From Sphaerodactylus townsendi (lineage: Eukaryota): DNA of 64,000 bases. Of this stretch, positions 24,344 to 36,238 are shown one piece after another (position 1 is the stretch's first letter; every line of letters begins with the position of its first letter). The stretch spans positions 31,248,001-31,312,000 of the forward strand of contig NC_059429.1 in the NCBI RefSeq assembly GCF_021028975.2. Reading direction: 5' to 3'. The position numbers and the translations under genes were made by a program. The notes below the pieces were generated by a model that was not told where the DNA came from, did no database searches, and saw only the letters and a list, made by a program, of their open reading frames with translations.

Positions 24344-25529
24344 AGTGTTCTTTAAGATTGATCTGGCTTAAGTTGGTCAGTGGTTTGTTATTTTAAGGAG
24401 ATTCATAAGTCAGTCTGTATAATCTGATAGCAATCAGTACATATACATTTTACTGTGTCCTACAAATGCTCCTGTGAATGAAGATCTGTATGTACACCCT
24501 TTGCAATGTGGGTGCTCTGACTGGATTTGGAAATGCTCAGTTTGAATATTCTGGTTGCTTGTTGGGCAGCAGCTCCAAAGAGGAAGTTGTGGTGTTTCCT
24601 TCCATACATTCAGGCTATTCTACTACAAAACTGGCCAATATTTAAAAGTGATCCATTCACATAGACATGTTTATAGAGGTACCCATGCCTCTCCCTGAAC
24701 ACACACAGTAACAAGATCTCCTCTCAACATTTCCCAGTGGGAGACATATCTGTCCAGCGTCAAATCGTTTACTATGTACTGCTTTTGGACCAATAGTGTT
24801 TACACTCAGTGCTACTGATAGCAACACCAGTTTGTTAAGGAACAGTATATTAAATCTTTTTTTTTTACTCAGCCACCAGATGTCTTTCCCGTTGTGAAGT
24901 AGATGGTCCCAGTGGATTGATCTCTTAGTATTCTGATAGATGGGCATCTACTGGCTGTGTGAACAGCAGCCAGTTAATGTCATCAGCCTCCCCACCACTA
25001 CCACCTCTTCCCACATTTACACACACTGGAAGTCAGCCAGTGCTAATTTATCACATTCCATTCATCCTCTCTGGGGGATGCTGCCTCCTGAATATTTGTA
25101 GTTTTTATATTGTACATTCCATAATTCAGTTAGCCTTTCAACAGGTCACTTCTGTTGAAATTAGCTTTTTCTTCCATTACCATTTATATAATTTCTTTAA
25201 TTCAGTTAATTCATCAACTTTGACTCATAAGAAAACATGAAACAAAATCAACGAAGTCCACACACTCAAACGCAATATTATCCAATCACTTGATGTTACT
25301 AACTAGCTACAAAGTGCAATCTGTTCTGATTGCACTAATATAGTTCTCTGATATTTGTGTTCTGTTGATTAATTCCTTAATTATAAAAACTCTTCTGAAT
25401 TTTCCAGCTGTTTAAAAATTGGTCTGTACCACACTATTATCAACCATTAGAATGGTTGACTTTGAAGTACCCTTTAAATGCTTATCCTTTGAAATGATCA
25501 TTTCACTTCAAAAAGCATCAGCTTTGATC

Positions 25530-25885
25530 AGCCTTCACTTGTTTATCAGTTTGGAAAAACAGGAGTGGGGAAGGAGGCTGACAAAAGAGAGATTTACAAA
25601 ATTATTCATGGCATGGAGAAAGTAGGTAGACAGAGCTTTTCCCTCCTGGTCCTTATGTAAAAGCTTGGATGCACCCAGTGAAGTTGATGGACAATAGGTA
25701 CACAATAGTCAAAAGGAAATACTTATTGACTTAGTAAGGGATGAAACTGTGGAGTTCACTGCCAGAGGACACTGTGATAGGCATGAGCAGAGATGGCTTT
25801 AAGAATGAATTATATTCATGGAAGATAAGCCCATCAGTGGCTATGGCTACTAGCCATTACAACTAAAAGGAACCTTCATATACAG
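25530..25885 (+). mobile_element. CR1 LINE 3' fragment
   Basis: Degenerate FSLEKRR / YKIMHG / LWNSLP-type CR1 3' end, similar to 60571-61260. Confidence 0.7.
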
Positions 25886-26039
25886 AGGTACCCTGACTTG
25901 GATGGCTCAGGCTAGCCTAATCTGATCAGATCTCATAAACTAAGCAGAGTTGGACTTGGTTTGTATTTGTATGGGAGACTTCCAAGGAAGTTCATGGTTG
26001 CTATGTAGAATCTGGGACTGGCAAACTATCTCTAAGAAT

Positions 26040-26486
26040 GGGGTGCTGTGTGGTTTCTGGGCTGTATTGCCGTGTTCTAGCAGCATTCTCTTCTGACGTT
26101 TTGAAAAACACTAGAGTCAAGACAGTGACTAATCAGCTCCACACAGGCACAGGATGACTATAGACAATCAAAGGGAACAAAGGCCAGTCTACTTCTATTC
26201 AGATGCCTCACCTATTGACCTTGCTATCTCCATTGTTATTCACATGCTGCACTTCATTGTTACTCACTTGCCAGGCCACTCCTATTCAGATGCCCTCACC
26301 TATTGACCTTTACTCACAGGTATATATACTCCACTTGCTTTCCTTTCCAGCTATCAGATCCTCTGAAGATACCAGCCACAGATGCAGGTGAAATGTCAGG
26401 AGAGAATGCTGCTAGAACACGGCCATACAGCCCGGAAACCACACAGCACCCCAGTGATTCCTGCCATGAAAGCCTTCGACAATACA
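26040..26486 (+). mobile_element. Penelope-like element 3' end (pLTR with inverted 5' copy)
   Basis: Inverted segment 26040-26100 versus 26390-26452; ends GAAAGCCTTCGACAATACA; flanked by 13-bp duplication TATCTCTAAGAAT (26027-26039, 26487-26499). Confidence 0.8.
26359..26401 (+). ncRNA. Minimal type I hammerhead ribozyme motif (Penelope pLTR), mutated
   Basis: TCCT-CTGAAGA-T-ACCAGC cacagat GCAGGT-GAAAT-GTC-AGGA. Confidence 0.6.
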
Positions 26487-26757
26487 TATCTCTAAGAATC
26501 TCTTTCCTTGAAAACTCCATTGGGGCACCATAAATCGGCTGCAACTTGATGACACTTTCCACCACCAATGGATACAGAGGAAGCAAACCTCTGTATACCA
26601 CCAAGCAGTGTCATGGGGAGCCTAACAGTAATCTTTTCCAGGAACCAAAGAAAGTATTTTTCACCTTACGAAGAGCTGCACTACATGATACACAAGACAT
26701 GTTTGAATTGATATTTTGATATTTCATTTGTCCTTTACAGCAGTCATGAAAAGATTA

Positions 26758-28103
26758 TGTTATGGCCTTAACAGGGGCAAGGGTTTTATTAAAGGGATTC
26801 TCCACCAGCTGCTAAAAGTGTAAACAGCACACATATAATTTTAAAAGTAGCAAAGGGGAATGAGCTCTCACGTTGGCAGCGAGAGGGGCCGAGAGGGGAT
26901 CTTTTAGACTGTTTAATACGAGGAAGGAATTCTAGCAATGGATATTCCACAGAGAAGCAAGAGTCCAAATTGAATTTAAATGCTTTATATAAATTTGTTT
27001 AAAAATACACACACACAGTAAGACACAAGGGCACATACATTCAAGTTCCTGAGATATAAAAAGGTTTTAAAAGATAGATTGGAGGATAGAAATGGAGGGG
27101 TTTTTTTGTGGGGTAATACATTACCTAACGATTCTTAGAAGAGTAGAAGTAGAAGGCAGGGATTCCATGCCAGCACAGAGACCCAGTGAAGACGATATTG
27201 TGTCTCAAGACCAACATGACCAAGAGAGGAACATGTGGCCAAGAGCACATGTGTTGGGGTGAACTGACCTTTTATACTCTTTTGCCCAGGAAGAGGCGGG
27301 AACAAGTGAGTTTTAAGTTTCCTTTTTCTAAATTCTCTGGAATTTCCCATGCTGGGCTTGCTGGGTGAGCTAATTAGCGACTCTTCTATTGTTCTACACC
27401 TTGGGGCAATGAGAGTCAATTGGTCCTAGATTATATCAGGAAGCACAGAATGGCTTTATGCAAAGTAACTCTTACAGTCTTTGCCTTCAGTATTCAGATT
27501 TGAATGAGGCTTGATTGATTCAGGATGGGATCTTCTTGTAAGGAGATCATATCTATAGGTTGGGGAAATGCAAGGAAGGAACCATCTGTTGCTAGAAGAG
27601 ATAGTGAAATTCAGCAACTGATGCTAATGTAGCTTTCCATCTTCTTTGTCTTTAACAGTTTCTATAGCAAGGTGTGGTAATCAACCATTCTCGTGACTCA
27701 AATGAGGCCTCCAAGTTATGCTGGAGTAACTCATTATCTTAGCTTTTGTTAAAGTAGTTTTGACCTTTTGGCTGTGGTCAGGTGATCATGCGGCTACCTA
27801 CACCCATAGGAGTGCTTTTGGCAACTGGCTTTTGCCAATATGATTTTTAAAGGAAAATATACTGCTGTGAGAAATATATATATTTTATAGGATTGGTCAG
27901 AGGGCTTACAATTATTTCTGCTCAGAGTAGAGATCAGGAATCTGAATTGCTTATATCTTGCATTAATCCCAAATGCCAGACAATTCCATATGCCAGCTGG
28001 GGGTGGAGAAGCAAGTCTGTGAAAGAAGGATAACGTCTGACTCAAATATACTGTGTAAGACTGTGAGCCGGAGAGCTATGTGTGACTTTTTCAATATCTG
28101 ACA
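26758..28103 (-). mobile_element. LTR-like segment (possible solo LTR)
   Basis: TG...CA candidate ends, TATA-like and GC-box-like motifs on the minus strand near 27270-27300; no TSD confirmed. Confidence 0.3.
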
Positions 28104-28769
28104 AATGCATCCGATGTATGTATACTTGTAGTTTTTTTCTCACCAGATTGAGGTGAGTGTTTAAAAATCCCTCCTATTTTCTACCATTACCACAGCAAGG
28201 ACAGATGGGCAAAACATCTTCCTTGCGGTACTATTTCTAGATTGAACCACAACAGCCAGAAATGCTTCTGCTGTGCTGAAAATCATAACTCTAGGTCACA
28301 TTTCAGTGGGGTCAAACCTGTTCCCCACTCCCAGTGTAAACTAGCAAATAGAGATGTCTGACAGTATATTTTATAACAAAAACACAAAAAAGATTGACTT
28401 GGGTGAGCAACAGTCACCACATTTTATTGATTCTGTGCACCCACACCCCAGTGATTTGAGTTAGAATCCAACAAACTACCATCTGTATGCTATTATAGCA
28501 ATTATGTCATTCCAAGACTAGATTATTTATGCCTGTTACACAAATTTTACAGGCCTTGTTAACCTTTATTTTTGCATCTGAGCCTGAAATTGGTATTTGT
28601 ACACAATTTTCAGTGAAACCGCACTGAAACTGATGGCAAATTGACATTTCATGGGTTCTTATTTGGTTTTTTTCTCTCAGTAATGTCTAGTCCTAGATAG
28701 TTTTTTAATGGCACTAATCTCTGCTGTACAGCATGATTTATTTGTAGTACCATAATAAGCAGAGTTATA

Positions 28770-29275
28770 CTTAGACTACCTGGAAGCTGCAGTTGGCACA
28801 GCATGCTGCAGCCAGAGTGTTGACAAGAAGGGGTCATAGAAACCATATTACTCCAGTCTTGTTCCTTCTACACAAGCTTCAAATTTGCTTCCAGGCTCAA
28901 TTCAAAGTGCTGGTATAGACTCTTAAAGTCCTATATGGCCTGGAACCTACCCACTCAGTCTAGCTGTCGTTGCCATTTGAGGCTACACAGGTGGTGACCC
29001 AAGAAAAGGCCTTATATATCATTTCACCAAAACTCTGGAACTCCCTCCCCAAGGACAGCCATCTTTGTCCTTCTGTGTCTTTCACCAGCAAGTGAATACC
29101 TTTTTTGTTTCATCTGTGTACCTCCAGTAAAAGTATTGGTCCAAGTGCTCTGTGTTTATGTGTTTTAATTGAATTCAATGATTATAACTGTATTTTAATT
29201 GTTTTAATGTTTGCCATCTTGTGGACCTTGATTGGATAGAAAGATGGCATTCAAATGTTTTAAATACATAAATAA
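28770..29275 (+). mobile_element. L2 LINE 3' fragment
   Basis: KLQL.QHAAARVLT...HITPVL, FKVL motif, CTCTGGAACTCCCTCCC, AATAAA-rich tail. Confidence 0.75.
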
Positions 29276-29915
29276 AATATCTTTTGAACCCCATTGATGT
29301 CAACTCTGTGTAACTCTAGGATGGCACTATTAGTGTAGCCCATTAGTTCTCAAGACCTAAACGTGGGCCACTCTCTAACCTAAGCAAAATAACTACTTTC
29401 TATAAAAGGTCAAAATTACATTGTTAGTGTCACTATCTTGAATAGGTCCCTAATTCAATACAAATAAAAGTGCTCTATCTTTAAACTGTTCAAACTATCA
29501 GTCACTAGTCTGACATTAGTCTGCTTGTATTACCACTATGAATGCCAAGAACTTTACAGAGAAGAGGTTCGGAATGCAAATTTACTATGCTCAACAGCAG
29601 CAGTCACTCATTCTCACATCCTCACCTTCCTACAGTTCAGCTCAAACAACTACAAAGTCCCAGTCTGCTTTGTGGCTGCACAATACTGTGATGGTGGCAT
29701 TTCTTCCTTTCTAGCTATATAGCTGTCAAAAATCTATTCTCCTCCAGGGTTATAGATGGTCAGGTCAGGTAATCAAATGACTAGGTGGGGGGGGGGGGGA
29801 CTATGATTTCTATAAGGCTGTGTGGAAAATGTGGGTGAGTAAATATAGGGATGGAAGTTTCTTTTTCTGTTATTCACTTTTATATACCCATTAATTCCTC
29901 ATACTATCCACTTAC

Positions 29916-30143
29916 TCTTTAAAAAGATGAATATCTGTATTATTTCTCTGTAGAGAAATCACTGTACCCTTTTGAAACCTCATCTTTGCTGTTTTTTTTA
30001 ATAGTAGAACAGGAAGGTTTAGGAAGATTTTGCCAGCCTCTGAGTGCACTTTTGAAATTTTGCAGAACTTTAATTTCTGCCCCTCCTCTTTGTACAATTC
30101 TCTTTGCTCAAATTAGATTTCATAAAAATCTGACTCCAAATTC
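29916..30143 (-). pseudogene. Pseudo-exon (228 nt, phase 2-2, one internal TAA)
   Basis: ctttccttctttttAG acceptor, GA|GTAAGT donor; NLESDFYEI*FEQRELYKEEGQKLKF...IHLFK. Confidence 0.6.
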
Positions 30144-31592
30144 CTAAAAAGAAGGAAAGAAATATGGACAGGTTGGATTTCAGGGAAAATCTAGGTAAAT
30201 AGGAATTAAGAGAACTTCTCTATGATACTAGAAATTAACATAACAATAATATGGACTTAAACTAATACTAAATTATAACACCAAATGATAATTAAAAGCA
30301 CAGTGTTTATGATCACTCTGATTAATTAGCTAACACTGTTACAATGTATGAAATGCTGACAATTGCACTGTACTATTTTAATATATGAAAAGTACCCCAT
30401 TGGGCAGATTCAAATTATTTTTGAATACCCCATCAAAAAAATTGACTCCTTGGTCATAATTAACGAACAGAATATGAACTGAAGGGGTTTGTGTTTAAGA
30501 ATCCCTAATTACTATAGAGGCCAAGATTTCCAAAAAGACACATGGGCTCCCACAAGAGCCATGACCTGATCAAATCTCTCTGAGAGAGAAACCTTGATTA
30601 AGAATCTCTTTATTTAATACTAGAGGGGCCCAATTATATACTACTCATGTATATGGTAATAAGGTCTATTTTGAAAGAAGGAACAGGCAAGTGAAATGAT
30701 ATAAAATCTGATTCTCTCCCACCTTGCCTTACCTTGCTGATCCAATTGTCTTATCTGTTAGAAGTCTTTATTGTCTCTTCTTGATCAGCAAGTAAGAATT
30801 TTGTTCAGTGTTTGAGTAAGAAGTTTTCCCCAGCTGTCTCAAATTTGGGATGAATGAGAGTCCATCATTATGTCCTCCAAATTGGTTGGGAATTACAGGT
30901 GGGAATGTTTCCCTTTGCAACCCATATAAATATTACTTAAATTATGTAACATACATAAGCCATAATAATATTAAACAAGGTTTTTTAACAAGTATAATAA
31001 GTTGACATTGAATTCTAATGAATTAAGATGAAAGATTTGTGCACATTCCTTGCCATTCATGATTTCTATTCTAGCACAGATTACCTCAACCCCAACTTGT
31101 ATAGAGTCCCCCTTTGGGATGTGCACATAGGACTTCACTGCATCATGAGAGTGAATCTAGATAACTAATGATGAACTCCACCTCATATCTATGCATAAAA
31201 TCAAAAGATCATTCATACATGCATGACAAACAGCAAACTCTGCAGCCATTAAAGAAGCATTTGTATGCATTTATCAGCCATGGTTTGTTGTTCATTTTAA
31301 AGGCTGTGGAGATTTGGGAGGTTGGATTTCACCAAAACACCACATTCAGTTTTAAAATATTTTCTCTTTCCTGGCAGGTCAGGCTGGAAGAGGGAAGTCA
31401 GTTATTTCAAGTGAACTCCAAGAACCAACCATCAAACCTTTGGAAATCAAACCATTAACCTTTGGTTTGTTACCATCCTGATACAGCGTATTTCTTGGCC
31501 ATCTTGGACGCTTTTTTAGGATTTGATGTGCTAGTTGAGTTTTAATGGGATTTTAACTGTATTAGGGGTTAGGCAGTCTATGAAATATAAAC

Positions 31593-31683
<91 letters not shown>
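31593..31683 (+). repeat. (AGTT)n microsatellite
   Basis: About 22 perfect units. Confidence 0.98.
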
Positions 31684-34600
31684 CTGGTCAGATGCAATCA
31701 CAAATACGAGGAGGGAGGGAGATATTAGATTGTATCTTCCTGGAGATTTCAGGAAAGGTTTCTTTGACCTACAATGGGATGGTGAACAACAGAGATAAAA
31801 AGTCCTGGCATAGAGGGAAAAGAGACCATTTTGTGGGGGACATAATGTCAGATGTGTTCTGGTCAAATACATCTGGACTAAGGAGCTCTCACATCTCAGC
31901 TCCATCTAGCTGGATGCCATTGCCACATAGAGCAGACAAAGAACTGGCTACCTAGATACAATTTTGAGGTAATGGAAAGCTTTTAGAATATTCTAACTTC
32001 TATGTTAAAGATAGTGCTTTAGGCAGAGGTATACCAGATGAAAATGGTATGTGTGGCATGACATGCCCTTCATGACCCTTACACTCCACTCCCACCTGGC
32101 CCCTGCCTGATCGAGGTTGGGGTGCCTGTGGCAGGCTCCTGGCCCAGCGCTAGCTGCCACTGGGTCCCCACCTCTGTTGGAGGCCGCACCTGGCAGCATG
32201 GCCTCTGATAGAAGTGGAGGGGGTGGCAGCAGCCAATGCCTCCAGCATGGCCTCTGATGGAGGTGGGGGGCATGCAGCAGACTCCTGGCCCAGCACCGGC
32301 TGCTGCCAACCCCCCACCTCTATTCGACATGTGACCCCACATGTCCCTCTGGCAGGTATGCCCCGGCTTTAGGATAAGATCAGCTCTGACACCTATGAAG
32401 TGAAAGACAGGAACTGCATGTTTTCATATTTCCTTTGTATTCCTTGCTCAGTCTGTTTTTATGAGGGTATGTGTGTGAACTTTTAATATTTAATCATCTC
32501 TTTACTATTTTAAATGGTGGTGGTTGTTCTCCATACCACTCAGACCTCAACCATTTGAACTCTCTATTTAAAGCAGGCACCAGGGGAAGGGAATCAGTCC
32601 ATTGCTGAACTGCTATTTCCCTGGGAATGCATAGGTAATCCACCTTATAGTAACTAGTTGTTGGGTAGTGGAAAGAGCAGCCACTAAGCAGAGCCTTAGA
32701 ACAACCATGTGGTAAGGGAAGCTGGGAGTACTGGACTTCAGCAGGCAATTCTTAAAACCACCACCTGGTGACAGTGTACCAAAGAAGAAGGAAACGACGA
32801 AACTTCTCTGAGGGTGGGGTGATCAGGGAGAGTATATCATGGCTGGGTGCCTACATATTTTATATGGCTGATCAAGCAGCTCTTGCTGGTCAGAAGAACC
32901 GTGCTACCACAAAGACAAAGAACAACACAAAATTAATAGCAGTGAACCAACTGGCAGTATGCATCAATAAGGAAATGGTCCATCCCCCCCATATCTTGAG
33001 GCTGAACATTTCTTCTAACAAAGCTGCTTAAATACTTGCAAGTCAGACACTCGGCATCAAAAGGTGGACAATGGTGCATTTGGGAAGAATGTCTCAGATT
33101 CTTGACCCCCAACTCCAGAGGACATGTATCCCATGTTTGCCAGTTTTTCAACAGAGCCTCTTAGAGGTAAAACAAAGTAGTATATATGTGGCTCAAATGC
33201 GTGTCTCTCAGCCTAATGGAAAACAAACCAAATGATGGAAAAGTTAGCTTTAAGCTCCGTCATACATCATAAATTGCTTTTCTTAGAATGTTATATTATA
33301 AAAATGACTTGGTATACCTCAGAGGAGTACAATAGGAGGAAGTATAACCCTTTTCATTCATGCCATTATGATCACAGAACCAGCAAGTAAAGATGTAGAA
33401 AATTCTGCTGAATAGTGCAATATTTTACTGGTTACTGACAACTCCAGGCTTAAAAAAATAGTGATAAATATAAAATACTGCCTTTACTGGTGCAGGAGTT
33501 CTTTTAAACACACCAAAGGAAGGTGAATATCTCGCATATAAGTAAGTGCCACTTCTGAAAAAATCATAGAAGTCCCAAGTTAGGCCTTAAAATATTTGTT
33601 TTCCACCTCTTCTCATGTGTGACTCCCACCTACATTTACAACCAATTCTATACATATTCTGTGCACTTTCAAAGTACACATATTTCAAAAAAGAACCAAC
33701 TATACTTGCAGTTTTAGAGCCAGGCATAACGATATTCCCAGATTTGCCATTTTCTTTTTTATACTTTTAAAACAATTGAGTGTTTTCCGTGAACAGGAAA
33801 AATGCAATTGGAAACAATTTCTCCCTGTTTATTTACCTCCTGGTTACCTGCTGGCCATAGAGTAGAATAAACAGAGCAGAAGAGCGGGCAAGAATCTAAT
33901 TTTAGTTGTCCAAATTGTACATTCATGATCAAACTTGCTGCGTATTCATTCTTTCTTGAAGTTTCAAGGAAAGTTTTTTGAAATGTCTTATCTTTGACAG
34001 TGGTGTCCAGTACAACCTTTGCAGCTGTTCTAAATTTGTAACCCTTTACTTTGCAGTCTACCCGATGTTCTAATAGTAACATTGGCCAAATTTTTCAATT
34101 CTTAAATCTAAATCTGGTGACTGGAACTGTGAACAGGCATAATAAATCCTTCTACAGCTGTGAAAAGGCCCCCAAGATTTGCTCAAAAATATGAAATATA
34201 TATAAAAAATTACACTGGGAGTTTTTAAAAACTCAAAAATGATAAAAGGCATGCTTGTAGCTTTAAGCAACAGATTCCATCAGTGCTAGAAAAACACAGC
34301 TTCCAAGGCTTGGTTCTGTCAGTAAAAGGCAGGGAGAGGGAGCAGGACTCTTTCCAGGCCTGTTTTGGCTTTTAAGAAAGGGCACCTTGAAGCCAGACAT
34401 GACCAGGGTTGCCAGCTCCAGGTTGCAAAATTCCTGGAGGTTTTGTGATAAAGTCTGAGGAAGGCAGGGTTTGGAAGAGGTTTCAGCAGAATATAGTATT
34501 ATAAAATCCACCCTCCAAAACAGTCACTTTCTCCAGGAAGACAGAGCTCTGTTGTCTGTAACTCTGAGAAATCTCCAGTTGCAACCTGGAGGTTGGCAAA

Positions 34601-35724
34601 ACTAGGCTTAGAAACAACCTTTGGGTGACTTGCATGACTCAACTAGGCCTGGCTGCATGCTATTGTTCATGGAGAAGAGAAGGAGAGTAAGAAAAGAGAT
34701 GGCAGGAGAGAAAAAGAGAAAGAGGATGGGAGAATTAGGGGGAGAGGGGGAGCACAGTTGGAGGAACGGAATAGCTGCTCCTACAAGTTTCTTGTGGATC
34801 CCTACTTGTGAATTATAACTCTGATACTCTTTCTCCCTAGCATCCTGTGTTGAAAGAAAGGGCACAGAAAAGAACGAGGAACCTACCATTAAAGAAATGT
34901 ACATCTTAAAGAGACTAGTATCTTCTACATCAGACCAACATGGCTGTCTATCTGAAACTATATCCTTTCTGCCCACTAAATTGTTTCTGCACATCAAGGC
35001 ATATTATATAGAAAATACATTTAATCAAAAATGAAACAGTTTAGGAAGTAATATAGCTTGCCACCCACATTCTGACTCTGTCATAATATAAAATTAATTG
35101 CAACTGAACAAACTCTTCCATCTGCAACTCAAGTTTCCATAGTATCTATCAGCGTAGAATCAACTCAATACTAAACACTGAAAGATCAACTCAATTATGT
35201 CAGATTAATTTCAATTATATCTGTCTCTAGCCCTCCCTTGAAACACTGTACAAGGAACTAAGCCATTATAACTATAGGGATAACTGATGCTTAATGAGAA
35301 AATAATAAAAGCTTCTCTGAGGGCATGACACCCACTGACCCACCCACAATAGGAGGAGGAAATGTGAAATTCCTGCTCTGCAGATCACTGCATACAGTTA
35401 TTCTCATTTAAGTATTATTGTCCTTTCCTTATTTTTGTGACTGTTACCCTTTTCATTTAAAAAAAATACTCTATCTAGAGCTCTCTTACTTGGCACCCAG
35501 CCCTAAATATACAGCCCTAGTAAAACTCCACCCTCACATTTTACGTAGTCACAGTGAGGCAGGCGGGCTAAACCTAGTTCATAAAACTGGTAGTAAAAGT
35601 GGCTGCAAAATTAGTTATTTGAGTTGGGGGGATTGTTGGGAGTTACTCTGTCTTGAGTCTATTTTTTCCTGTTTTAACTAAAATCTCCAATCTGAAACAC
35701 TTTCAGTTAAATCCTTTAAACCAA

Positions 35725-36238
35725 GGCTGTTTCCGCACGGCGGCGGAAACAGCTGGGTCGGCGCATTTCGCACCGACCCGAAGACGCTGGGACCGTCCGC
35801 ACGGACGGTCCCGGGAAGAGGCGGGACGCCGGTGCCGTGGAGCGCGGGCTACCGCCTATCGCCGAGCCGGGTGAGCATGTTCTTGGGCCTCTGGAGCGTC
35901 GCCGAGGCAATTTTCCGGGGACATTTCCCTGGCTCCCCGCGCCGCTGCTCCAGCGTAATAGGTTAGGGGGCCGTGGTCCCTGCGGCTCGGCAATGCCCCG
36001 GAGGCCCAGGGACACGGTAGGTACCGGGTGGGGGAGGCGGCGTGAAGCCGCTGCTGTTCGCTTGGCAGCGGCTTCACGGCGGCTTATTCCCTAAAAGAGC
36101 GCTTCCCAGCGCTCTGGGAATACGCCGGCTTCGGGCCGGCCGGGCGGCGTGAGGGCGGCGCGGCTGTGCAAATGGCGGCCTGGACACGGCGTTTTTACCA
36201 TCTCCAGGCCATCATTTTCTGCCCATGCGGAAACGGCC
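35725..36238. mobile_element. Young CpG-rich Harbinger-like MITE (514 bp)
   Basis: TIRs GGCTGTTTCCGCA / TGCGGAAACGGCC; 3-bp TSD CAA (35722-35724, 36239-36241). Confidence 0.85.

Larger units (their letters stand above)
25890..26568 (+). mobile_element. 5S rRNA-derived Sauria-type SINE interrupted by a Penelope-like element
   Basis: 5S-like GATCTCATAAACTAAGCAG...GTATGGGAGAC head; tail resumes after 26487. Confidence 0.65.
17440..30923 (-). pseudogene. Decayed multi-exon protein-coding gene, coiled-coil-like, identity unknown
   Basis: Candidate exons 30923-30733, 30143-29916, 23240-22906, 21854-21741 and 17903-about 17440, mostly with AG/GT sites; the 30733, 29916 and 21741 donors are phase 2; stops are TAA/TAG/TGA in otherwise long frames. 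Confidence 0.55.

Noticed and set aside
25905-25985. 5S rRNA gene
   Set aside because: Diverged, partial and fused to a SINE tail; it is a SINE head.
17440-30923. Naming the pseudogene (CAGE1 and C4orf50 considered)
   Set aside because: Only generic coiled-coil resemblance; cannot be supported without a search.
32500-33170. Possible DIRS or LINE coding fragment
   Set aside because: No diagnostic motif could be read with confidence.
35653-36094. Overlapping GC-rich ORFs or CpG-island first exon
   Set aside because: The GC-rich part is confined to a TIR/TSD-bounded MITE; the ORFs are a by-product of GC content.
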